Source of the DNA: an uncultured Planctomycetota bacterium
Lineage (GTDB): Bacteria > Planctomycetota > Planctomycetia > Isosphaerales > Isosphaeraceae
Direction: 5' to 3'
Length of the DNA: 64,000 bases
NCBI GenBank assembly: GCA_963845755.1
Contig: CAWJTV010000035.1
Coordinates: forward strand, 1 to 64,000
In this document: positions 1 to 9,711 of the stretch, in pieces
Layout: each line of letters starts with the position of its first letter
Position numbering within the stretch: position 1 is the first letter of the stretch
Notes under the pieces: generated by a model
Told to the model about the DNA's origin: nothing
Seen by the model: only the letters and a program-made list of their open reading frames with translations
The model's database searches: none
Program-made: the position numbers and the translations under genes

Positions 1-1
1 C

Positions 2-724
2 GTTCCCTCAGCCCTGCGCGGCAGATCGACGCCCGCCGGCTCGCTCGAACACATCGACGACCTCGACCTCGACGCGGCCAACCCGGCGAAGCCGGCGTCC
101 GGCGACATGATGGAAGAGCGCGGATCCTCGGACAATGTGGCGTCGTTCGTTCAGCGCACGTCGCTCGACGCCTACGCCACGGCCGATCGCCTGGCAGCCC
201 TGGGCCGCGACGACTCCAAGGCTCGTTATCCTTCGTCGGCGCTGGCCCAACGGCTCGGCCTGATCGCCCGGCTGCTCAAAGGGGGCCTTGGTGCTCGCGT
301 CTTCTACACGTTACAAACCGGATACGACACGCACCGGGCACAGCCTGGAACGCACTTCCAGCTTCTCAATGAACTCTCCGGCGCCCTTGAGGCCTTTCAC
401 GCCGACCTCGGCGCATCGGGGTTGCTCGATCGCGTGCTGGTGATAGCCTTCAGTGAATTCGGACGGCGCGTCGCCGAGAATGGGAGCGCCGGCACAGACC
501 ACGGCACATCCGGCCCGGTCTTTCTGGCTGGCACGCACATTCAGTCAGGACTGATCGGCTCGTATCCAAGCTTGACCTATCTGGTCGACGGCGATTTGAG
601 AATGACGGTTGACTTCCGCCGCGTTTATGCGACTGTCCTGGAAGACTGGCTCGGACTCGCCTCCAAGAATGCCCTGAACGGAACGTTCGATCGAATGCCG
701 CTGTTCCGGCCGACCCGATCGTAA
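2..724 (+). CDS. DUF1501 domain protein, 5'-truncated by the window edge
   Basis: Frame is open from position 2 into ORF 107..724. Motifs GYDTH, FSEFGRRVAENGSAGTDHG and VDFRRVYATVL are typical of DUF1501. Confidence 0.85.
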   Translation, partial: VPSALRGRSTPAGSLEHIDDLDLDAANPAKPASGDMMEERGSSDNVASFVQRTSLDAYATADRLAALGRDDSKARYPSSALAQRLGLIARLLKGGLGARVFYTLQTGYDTHRAQPGTHFQLLNELSGALEAFHADLGASGLLDRVLVIAFSEFGRRVAENGSAGTDHGTSGPVFLAGTHIQSGLIGSYPSLTYLVDGDLRMTVDFRRVYATVLEDWLGLASKNALNGTFDRMPLFRPTRS

Positions 725-749
725 TCAAGCCCGGAATCGAGGCGCTTTA

Positions 750-2690
750 TTAGGCCCTTATGGGCCGGGCATCGACAATTTGTTGTCGATGTTTCTACGC
801 CGGTACTTTGAGGGTCTGCAACAGCTTGCGGACTTCGTCTTGGATGGCTTGATAATGATTCTCCAACGGGCCGCGATTCTCGAGGGGGAGCGGGGGATCG
901 GATTCGGGCTGACACGCCTTGGCCAGAATCGGTTTGAGCACCTGCTCACGCACGATTCCCACCGCGGCCATCGTCCGAAGACCCGACTCCGTGGCCGCGT
1001 AACGCCGCGACTTCTGCACACGCTCCACCAACCCCTTGGCCCGCAGCTTCTTCAGGTCGTACGACGCCTGTCGTGGACCGTACTCCGCCTCGCTCTGACC
1101 CGTCAGATCCCGAACTTGGGCCGCCAGCTCTCGGCTGACCAGGCCACCGGGACGACTCGACAACATCACCACCGCCTGCAACACGGCCACCATCCGCGGG
1201 CGATTCACATCGATCCCCGCCACGCGGCTGCGACCCACCTGCGAGGGCAAGGGCAACGCTTCCAACGTCCCATCATCCAGCGTGGCGGCGTCCACGCACC
1301 GGACCACCGCCAGGAACCGCTCCAGGATGTCCCTCAAGTGCCCCGCGATCTCCGGCAACGCCCACAGCGAGCGATGCCAATGCTGTTGATCTCGAAGGTT
1401 GTGCACGATCACCTCCGTCCGCCAGACGCGGCCGCCTTTGGTATACATCTTCAGGGTCAAGCTCCCGCAGTGGATCTTGAACACCGTCAGATCATACGTA
1501 GGTCTCTCGGTCACGACTTGCAAACGAGGGTCGCGCTTGGTCCGTTCCCGGGTGTTGGGGCGGTGCTTGTAACCGAAGATCGTGATCACCCTCTTGAGAT
1601 CCAACTGGGCTCGGGTGCGATCGATCAGGCCCTGAAAGGCCGTTTCCAGATCCCGACCACCCCGGAACAGCAGGTTGCGGCTGTACTCGACCTGATAGAT
1701 CGAGAACGCGTACTGGCAGTGCATCTTCTTCTGTTCGGCCACATCCAAGGCCAGACAGAGGCACTGAGACAGCCAATACCGCAGGACCTGTTCCAGCCGC
1801 CCTATCGCGCCAGCTTGGCGCAAGGTATCTGCGAGCTGGTTCAGGTCTGCGGCATTGTCCCAATCGGTGAAGCAGTTACCTTCCTTGGTGAAGCGGATTC
1901 CTTGCCGCGTCGCCTGGTTGGCCACGTATTCATGGCCGTTGAGGATGACCAGGGCGCCGAAGGGAGGGTGGCCGCACATGCGGACGGTCAGATGTCCCCA
2001 GTCGGCATCCCAGATATGAAAGAAGTAGTGATTGACGTAAGGGAACGGCTCCTTGCGGCGGAGGTTGATCCCGTCGTTGCCGTAGCGTTGCACGTCCCAG
2101 ATGGGGGCCGGGGCGCGGTTGACCAAGACACAGAAGATCCCCGTGCGCGTGGGATCGGTGGGCAGGTACTGTTCGCCGATCTCATGCTTCCGTTCGCCGG
2201 CGCGACAGTCGATCACCGGAATCCCGTGCTTCTTGGCCCAGCCCCGCATGCGGCGGCTGAACCGGCCTGCCAGTGCATCAGGTGGGTATTGTCGAGATGG
2301 TCGTCCGAGTCGAACAGGTCGCGCCACCAGGTGCGAAAACCTCCCGGAGTCTGCGCGATCGGGAAGTAGGCGTTGATGGTCAGCCGATCGATGCAATCGT
2401 AGACGCCTTCGAGCCGGGAGGCATAATGCCGACTCAAGGGATCGGGACCGAAGAGAGTCGGGTCCGGCTTGGGCCGACGCCGACGATGGGACTTGGGGTT
2501 GGGTCGCTTGGGTCCCTGTGGAGGAAGACGCCTGGGTTTGGGCTTGGGAACCGATTGGTGCCCCGGCGGAGGAAGGATCATCGGAGGGCTCCTGCGTCAC
2601 AAGGTGCAGCGCGTCATGATAGCCGGACAACTGCCCCGCAGGGGCCACTTTTTCGGGCGCAGTCCCGAAAAAGCGTAGAGTCTACCTCCG
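750..2690 (-). mobile_element. Candidate hairpin-bounded mobile element (ends approximate)
   Basis: Single ORF flanked by stem-loops at 753-766 (GGCCC/GGGCC), 770-791 (CATCGACAA/TTGTCGATG) and 2648-2673 (CTTTTTCGGG/CCCGAAAAAG). No terminal inverted repeat or TSD seen. Confidence 0.45.
795..2581 (-). CDS. Putative transposase/Rep-like protein with C-terminal winged HTH; one frameshift near 2274
   Basis: ORF 2213..2581 (GVYDCIDRLTINAYF...NTHLMH) joins ORF 795..2648 (LAGRFSRRMRGWAKKHGIP...) by one base. Motifs YFFHIWDADWG, LNGHEY, QVEYSRN, LKMYTKGGRVWRTE, and C-terminal YDLKKLRAKGLVERVQKSRRY (wHTH-like). Confidence 0.65.
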
Positions 2691-2720
2691 TAGGATCCCT
2701 GCGCCATGCGCGCATCTGGG

Positions 2721-2800
2721 GAATCCTGGATTCCGGATTCGAGATTCGAGATTCCCAAGGGAACGATTTTAGGGATCGGGAATCCGGAATCTCGAATCCC
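2721..2800. repeat. Inverted heptamer-repeat element (GATTCGA/GATTCCG units versus GGAATCC/GAATCTC)
   Basis: ggattccggattcgagattcgagattccc ... gggaatccggaatctcgaatccc, read directly from the sequence. Confidence 0.8.
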
Positions 2801-2876
2801 TCTTGGGTTGCGGCCGCGGGCCGCGTCAGAGCGCCTCACAGTTGGGTGGCACACACTCGAAGCCTGCTCCCGAAGA

Positions 2877-2971
2877 ACCCCCCCGAACCCCCCCCTTCGC
2901 AAGGGGGGGATATTTGATCGGGAAAAGCCCGTTTCCTGTCCCCCCCTTGCGAAGGGGGGGTTCGGGGGGGT
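2877..2971. repeat. REP-like inverted doublet (C7-GAA-Cn-TTCGCAA-G7 and its reverse complement)
   Basis: 2877-2910 and 2939-2971 are near-perfect reverse complements. Each arm is itself a CCCCCTTnnnAAGGGGG palindrome. Confidence 0.85.
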
Positions 2972-3021
2972 GAATTCGCAGCGACTCAGGGCGTGCGCAA
3001 CCCAAAGTTAAGCGCTCTCAG

Positions 3022-5071
3022 CCTATGTTTGGGGTGACGGAGCCGGGGCCGCCTGGTCCTGTGCGCAAAAACCGCTATTTTCCCAGGCTTTTCGCTTGGG
3101 TTGTGGTCTCGCCGGCCCCAAAAGTGTAGTGACAACTCTAGGCGGGAACTTCCAATTGAATTCCGATTAATTACCTTGATTTCGCCAGAATCTGTCGTGA
3201 TAATGATTGCGGTGCATCTCCGGACATCCCTCGCCAGCGATGCCAGCAACCAGTCATGTATCCAAGAACCGTCAAAGTCCGCTCCCAGAACGGCACCGTC
3301 CACGAATACGTCCGCGTCGTCGAAGCTTACCGCGACGGCGGCAAGGTCAAGCAACGTGTCGTCGCCGACCTCGGGCGCAAGGATCTCCTTGTCGAGCTGC
3401 TCCCCAAGCTCCGCCGGCTCCTCGACGGCGACGCCCAGTGCGACGCCGGCGATCCCGCCGACCCTCACGTGATCGATGCCTCTACCTGGGGGCCGATCCT
3501 CGTCGTTCGGGCCCTGTTCGACCAACTCGGCCTCTGGGCGATCCTCGACCAATACCTCGGGCTCGCCAAGGGCGTCCCCTTCGCCGACCGCGCCTTCGTG
3601 CTCGTCGCCAACCGGCTCATCGCCCCGGCCAGTGAGCATGGGCTCGCCGGCTGGCTCGAGACCGATTTCGTCTGCGACCGCAAGGGCCGTCGCTTCGTTC
3701 CTCATTGGCACCAACGCCGACGGGTCCGCGTCCATCCCCGCCAGCTCGACGCCTGGTACCGCACCCTCGACCAGCTCCACGCGGCCAAAGATCGCATCGA
3801 AGTGGCGCTCTACCACCGCCTTCGCGATCTCTTCAGCTTCAAGCCCGACCTGGTCCTCTACGATATGACCAGCACCTATTTCGAGGGCGCCGGCCCGCGC
3901 GACTTCGCCAAGCACGGCTACAGCCGCGATGGCAAGCCGCAGAACGTCCAGGTGGTCGTCGGCGTGGTGATGGTCGCCGGCTGGCCGATCGCTCATCATG
4001 TCTGGGCGGGCAACTGCATCGACCATTCCACGGTCCAAGACGTCATCCGCGACCTGCGCCAGCGGTTCGCCTTCGGCCGGCTCGTCTTCGTCGGTGATCG
4101 GGGTATGGTCACCGATGAGAACATCGAGGCGATTACGAAAGACGAGCATGGGTTCCTGGTTGGCGTCAAGCGGCGGTGCAACGCCCAGATCGACGCTTGG
4201 CTCGACGCCGTTGACGACACCCAGTGGGTCCGTTGCCCCGGGGGCATCAATACCCAGGAACGGAAGACCAACCCACGGCGCACCGGTGCCCAGGAAGTCG
4301 CCTCCGGAGATCCCGACCTGCGCGTCATCGTCATCGACTCGGACGAGCGCCGCGGCTACGAGCAGGCGAAGCGGGAACAGGCGATGGAGCGAGCCGGCCA
4401 GCGCCTGGAGAAGCTCAAGGGGCGCGTCGCCGCGGGGAACTTGAAGCGGCCCGAGAAGATCGGGGCGGCCGTCGAGCGGATTATGCAGAAATATCACGGT
4501 TATCGCTACTTCGATTGGAAACTCAAGGATGGGACGCTGGAGATCACCGAGAGCGAGGCGCGGCTGGGACGTGAGAAGAAGATCGAGGGAAAATATGTGA
4601 TCATGACGAGTGAGAAAGGGCTGAGCGTGCGGGACGCGGTGGCGATGTACAAGGAATTGACCGAGGTCGAGAGCGGGTTCCGCCAACTCAAGGATGTGCT
4701 GGCGCTGCGGCTGATCTATCACCAGATCGAGATACGAATCAAGGCTCATATTTTTGTGGCGGCGTTGGCGTTGTTGGTTCAACGCCTGCTGGGCCGCCGG
4801 CTCAACGAGGCGGGGTTGGATCTGTCGCCGTCGCGGGCCATGCAAGCATTGGCGACCGTGAGGCTGGTGACGTTCCGTCTGGAAGGCCAACCGCAGCGGC
4901 GAGGGCTGGCCGGCGGCTGTCCCGATGCCCGGAGGGGTGCTGAAGGTGCTGAAGCTGGTGGACCAACGCCCTCCGGCGCCGCTGGAGGGGGAGAATACGG
5001 TCATGTAGTGACTAATGGAAAATCCGACCCTTGCGCCGCAAGGACTTACGATGCGCCACCCCAAACATGGG
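3022..5071 (+). mobile_element. IS1634-family insertion sequence
   Basis: Terminal IRs agcctatgtttggggtg (3020-3036) and caccccaaacatgggct (5057-5073), one mismatch. Encloses a DDE transposase. Right flank is CTAG, left flank is CTCAG. Confidence 0.85.
3256..5008 (+). CDS. IS1634-family DDE transposase; +1 indel near 4935
   Basis: Motifs YVRVVEAYRDGGKVKQRVVADLGR, LYDMTSTYFEG, GYSRDGKP, VFVGDRGM, YKELTEVESGFRQLK, IKAHIFVA. The natural C-terminus (VLKLVDQRPP...TVM) stops at TAG 5006-5008 in another frame. Confidence 0.88.
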
Positions 5072-7176
5072 CTAGGGCAGAGCGAAACACGGTGCCAATC
5101 TTCGTGCTCAGGGCGCCCGACGGCGCGGACGTGTGATCGAGCGTCCGCGGCAATTCGCATTCGGGGAACGGAGATGCTCGCGGACTAACGACATGCATTC
5201 TTCGACGTCCACCTCGGATACGCCCGTTTGAGCATGCGGCCTCAAGGCCCTTGCTTAAGCTACCCCAGCCATGGCGATTCTCCCGGAACTGCGTCACATG
5301 CGATCCGGGAGCTGGGCGACCACACGCGCCAAGCCCGGATTGGCCGAACGGATACGATTCGTGGGCGACCGTCTGGAACCGATCTTGACGTTGTGTAAGA
5401 CTGGTAGGAGGAACCGCCTCTCTTTTCAACTGCAAGAGGGACATCCTCCTCAATTGGGCGTCCGCAGGCTTTCCGGCAGCGAGCGCGGCCAATCGCCCTG
5501 ATACGTGACATTCCGGACGCACGCCTGCGTCACATCGGCATAGTGGAACAGGCCGAACGTGCGTTGATTGGTCGGCTCGAGAGTGCGCTCGTAGATCGCC
5601 TGGTCGTTGAGCTCGAGCGTGAGGCGGTCGCCGGTCAAGCGGAGCACCAGGCGATTCCACTTCCGGGGCTTCAAGGGAAGCGTTGCGGGGCCTCGCCGGT
5701 TCTCCGGCTCGTGACGCAAGTTGTCGGGGGTCAAGCCGGTCCGTTCGTAGGCGCCATCCGTCAGCCAGTGGATCTTGACGCCATTCGAATCGAGCACGAA
5801 GGCTAACCGGTCCAGTACGGGGTGAACCAGGACCTTCCCCGGCTCGTACTCGAATTCGTAGGTGATCCGGCCGTTTTCGAGCATCGGCCGGTGATAGCGC
5901 AACACGCTCTCCTGGTACGTGCGCCGGGATGTCTTCGATGAGACGACCGACGATCTCCTCGCCGCGCTTCTCCCAGTCGGCGTTGTCCCCGCTGAGGAAT
6001 CGGGGGTCGTCGTCGATCAACCAGCCAGTCAGGTCGGGGAGTGCGGCGAGATTCAGTATCTCGGGGATTCGCGGATCTCCTGTGATCGCGATCTTGCGCA
6101 CGGATCCCGACTGGTCGGCCCGACAGAGCAGGGCGAGCCAGGGGTCGCACTCGGCAGGGGCCGGGGCGTCGTGGACCTTTCGGCCGTTGATGAAGGCGGT
6201 CATCCGGCCCCCCTTGACGACGAGCCGGTAAGGATACCAATCGCCAAGCTTTTCGATCGGCGGATTGAGGGTCAGGTCGGGCAGCGGCCGACCGAGATGC
6301 GACCGCTCGAGATGCTTCCCGTCGGCCCTGCATCCCAGGGACAGTCCGGCGTAGGCTACGCCGATCTCCCGATCTGCCGCCGCGGTCAGTTCGCAGTCAA
6401 GCTGGAAGTCCCCGCGCAAGGGGACCGTCAGTTCCATCAGATCGTTGGCGTGCCCGGGGTGGTGCAGGTATTCACCGCCGCGAACCGTCCATCGAGGGAT
6501 CGGTTCCCCCTCGCCGCGAGTCCGGTCGCGCGACGGAGTGACCCGCGCCCAAGGTGCGAGGTCGAGTTCGCTGTCCGCGGTCCGAGCGGGGTTTGCCCCC
6601 GATCGCCGATCCTCGTTCAGCAGCGTCGCCCGTGCTCGGAGGTTCTGGACCTGATCCTTCCAGAGTGTACGGGGCGCTCGCCTCTCGGCCTCGATGGGCG
6701 GCTCCTTGTCGGTACGGACGGCCAGGGCTTCGGCGATGGCGATGGCCTGGGCGCGGAGCGCCGGGCGGCGGATGGCCCTATCGGCGAGGACGAGCTCGGG
6801 CCATCGCGTCCACTCCTGCTGGTTCAGGGGGGCCTTCTCGAGTCTCGGCCGGACTGGCTCGATCAGCCTGGCCGCTTCAGCGTCTTCGCCTCGGGCGATG
6901 TGGACCAGGGCCAGGAGGACTCGACGACCGCGCTCGGATGAAGCCGTTTCGTCGTCGCTGGCTCGCGTCAGTTTATCGAGTCTTGCGGCCAGGTCGTCGA
7001 GCTTGCCCACCTCCTTGGCGGTGTTGACCAGATCGACAGCGCCGGGGCACGGAGCGAGCCGCCGGTTTGCAGACGGACGCCGTCCTGGTGGACGCTTGGC
7101 AAGGCCGGGAACGACGGTTGGAAATCTCCCGAGAGCCGGACCATGGGGTGATCGGGACCGGGTAAGACCCAGCTAG

Positions 7177-9294
7177 CCTGGATTCCCATGGAGGGGAAAC
7201 CGGCTAACAAATTGGCTTGCAACTGATCCGGTTTATCCCTAAAATCCGGTGTTCTGGCACCGTCTCGTTATCGACGCCCAAGAACTATAGATACCCCAGC
7301 CACAGGGTCAACCCAAACATCCAACCGATGCAGATTCGATGTTGGGTCGCCATTTCGGCCTGAAATCCCAGGATTTCCCGCATTCTATCAACACATCAAC
7401 GAGCGACTCCGAATCAGGATGGCACCGTGGCATCATGGACGATAATTCCAGAGAGTGCCTAACACTGGCCCGCCGCTTCTTGGAGCCTTCCAACTCCACC
7501 CATCGACAATACGAGGCCCTCCGAGCGTTCTTCGTTCGACCGACTACCATCGGCCGAGGCGGCCGCTCGCTTCGGCTACTCACCGGGGAGCTTCCGCGTC
7601 CTCGTCCACCAGTTCCGCAGCCAGCCCGACCGCGATTTCTTCGCCCCCGCCCCACGCCAGGGCCGGCCTCCCGCCAAACGGAAACGGCTGCGGCAACAGG
7701 TCGTCGCCCTGCGCAAGCAGAACCTCTCCGTCCACGACATCAGCCGCGCCTTGGCCCGCGACGGCGAGGCCCTCAGCCCGGCGGCGGTCGCCGCCATCCT
7801 CAAGGAAGAGGGCTTCGCCAAGCTGCCGCGACGAGTTGACGACGAGCGACCCGAACAGCCGCGCCCCGTCGTCGCCGAGATCGCCGATGTTCGCCGTCTC
7901 GACCTGACACAACGCCACCTGCGTACCCAGTTCGGCGGCCTGTTCCTGTTCTTCCCCTGGCTGATCGCCGCCGACTTGGACATGCTCCTGGGGCGGTGCG
8001 GCTTCCCCGGCTCCGAGATGATTCCCGGCCGCCTGCGCCGTTACGGTCGCTCCTGGCTCTGAAACTCTTCGGCGATGCGCGCCATTCCCACGTCATGAGC
8101 GCGGTACTCGACGACGGGCTGGCTCTCTTCGCTGGCTTGAATGTGATCCCCAAGCGATCGTTCCTGACCGAATACAGTTGCCGGATCCCGCCGACGTGCT
8201 ATCCCACCTTGATGCGCGACTGGTTCGACACGGTCAGTCGTCTGGGCTTGCGATGGGGGACCTCGTTCGACCTGGACTTCCACACCATCCCCTTCCACGG
8301 CGAGGATGCCCTGGTCGAGAAGCACTACATCTCCAAGCGGAGCCGGAGTCAGAAGGGGATCCTGGCCTTCCTGGCCGAGGACGCCGAGACCCGCGTCTTC
8401 TGCTACGCCAATGCCGAGTTGCGCAAGGATCAGCGGGATGACGAGGTCCTTCGCTTCGTCGAATTCTGGAAGCGACGGACCGGACGGTTGCCCGCGGAGC
8501 TGATCTTCGACTGCACGTTGACGACGTACGCCAAGCTCAACGAGCTGAACCGGATGAAGATCGACTTCATCACGTTGCGGCGACGGACCCCAAGCACCTG
8601 GCGGAGATCGGCGGGTCCGCTCTCGGCCTGGCGGCGGGTCGAGCTGGAGAATGTCGCCCGCGCCTACAAGACACCGCGGGTGCTGGACCGCCAGGTCGCG
8701 CTGACGGACTACGATGGCCCGATCCGCCAGTTGACCGTGGCCGATTTGGGTCACGAGGAGCCGACGTTGCTCTTGACCAACCAGTTGAGCCGGTCGGCGT
8801 CGCACCTGATCGGCCGCTACGCCCGGCGGATGATCATCGAGAACACCATCGCCGACGGGATCGACTTCTTCCACATGGACGGCTGAGCTCGGCGGTGGCG
8901 ATGAAGGTCAACTGCGACCTGCAACTGACCTTGATGGCCAGCAGCCTGTACCGGCTGCTGGCAGCCCGAGTGGCCAGGGTTACGAGGTCGCCGAGTCGCG
9001 CGACCTGTTCCGAGACTTGGTGGATGCCACGGCGGGAATCACGATCGGAGAGAGCGAGTTGGTGGTCCGGTATCAGAGGCGGGCACACAATCCGCTGCTG
9101 ATCGCCGCCGGGTTTGATCAGACCGACGTGGCCGTCCCCTGGCTGGGGGGCAAGCGACTGCGGCTGGTCTTCGGATGAGGTATGCTGGCCCCCGGGCCGA
9201 CCGTGGTGTAAAGTCCAGAACTAACGTCGCAACGCATTGCCACATCTTCATGCAGCTTGCCGATTTGTTAGCGAGTTTCCAATGGGAATCCAGG
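7177..9294 (+). mobile_element. Insertion sequence (unclassified DDE, IS4/IS1380-like) with CTAG target duplication
   Basis: IRL cctggattcccatgg...gctaacaaattggc; IRR reverse complement cctggattcccattgg...gctaacaaatcggc. CTAG at 7173-7176 and 9295-9298. Confidence 0.88.
7435..9178 (+). CDS. DDE transposase with N-terminal HTH; multiple frameshifts
   Basis: Pieces MDDNSRECLTLARRFLEPSNSTHRQYEALRAFFV, FDLDFHTIPFHGED, LIFDC, RRMIIENTIADGIDFFHMD, and PWLGGKRLRLVFG-stop at 9176-9178. Confidence 0.75.
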
Positions 9295-9298
9295 CTAG

Positions 9299-9711
9299 CC
9301 TGGATTCCCATGGAGGCAGATTGGGCTAACATTTGTTGCCGCATGATTGGAAAAAAGCCCGCGATACCAGCTTTTCGCCTCGGAACTGGTTATGCTCCTC
9401 CAAGAGTTAAAGGTGGGTCTCCCACTAAGTTAACTTGATCACCATGGATGATATGTTCGTCGATCGAATCTCACTTCCTCCTGGAAAACAAGGGTTTCTT
9501 GCGACAAATCTATCGAATTCACCACAGTGGATGCATTGAGTTGACACCGTGGATGCTCTTTTTTCAGTTTACGGATCACCTAACATCGAGAGAGGCGTTT
9601 CGATGAGCGTTTCAAGCCAGAACCACTTGAAATCCAGGGGAAAACCCACTTCGACGAATTTTGCTTCGTTTATGGATTGCGTGTAGCTACCCGTTTTGCT
9701 CCATGGGAAGG
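9299..9711. mobile_element. MITE (413 bp non-autonomous element sharing the ends of the adjacent IS)
   Basis: Starts cctggattcccatggagg like the IS left end and ends ctccatgggaa-gg (IR lacking TCCA). Bounded by CTAG 9295-9298 and CTAG 9712-9715. AT-richer than its surroundings, no transposase ORF. Confidence 0.8.

Noticed and set aside
780..5160. Long antisense ORFs 780..2369 (+) and 2986..5160 (-)
   Set aside because: Shadow frames of genuine genes, expected in high-GC DNA. The same applies to 16212..17792, 40648..42291, 57633..59867 and similar ORFs.
5075..5449. Structured ncRNA between IS1634 and the end of the giant gene
   Set aside because: Only a short stem (CTCCCGGA/TCCGGGAG near 5280-5311); no recognisable RNA family.
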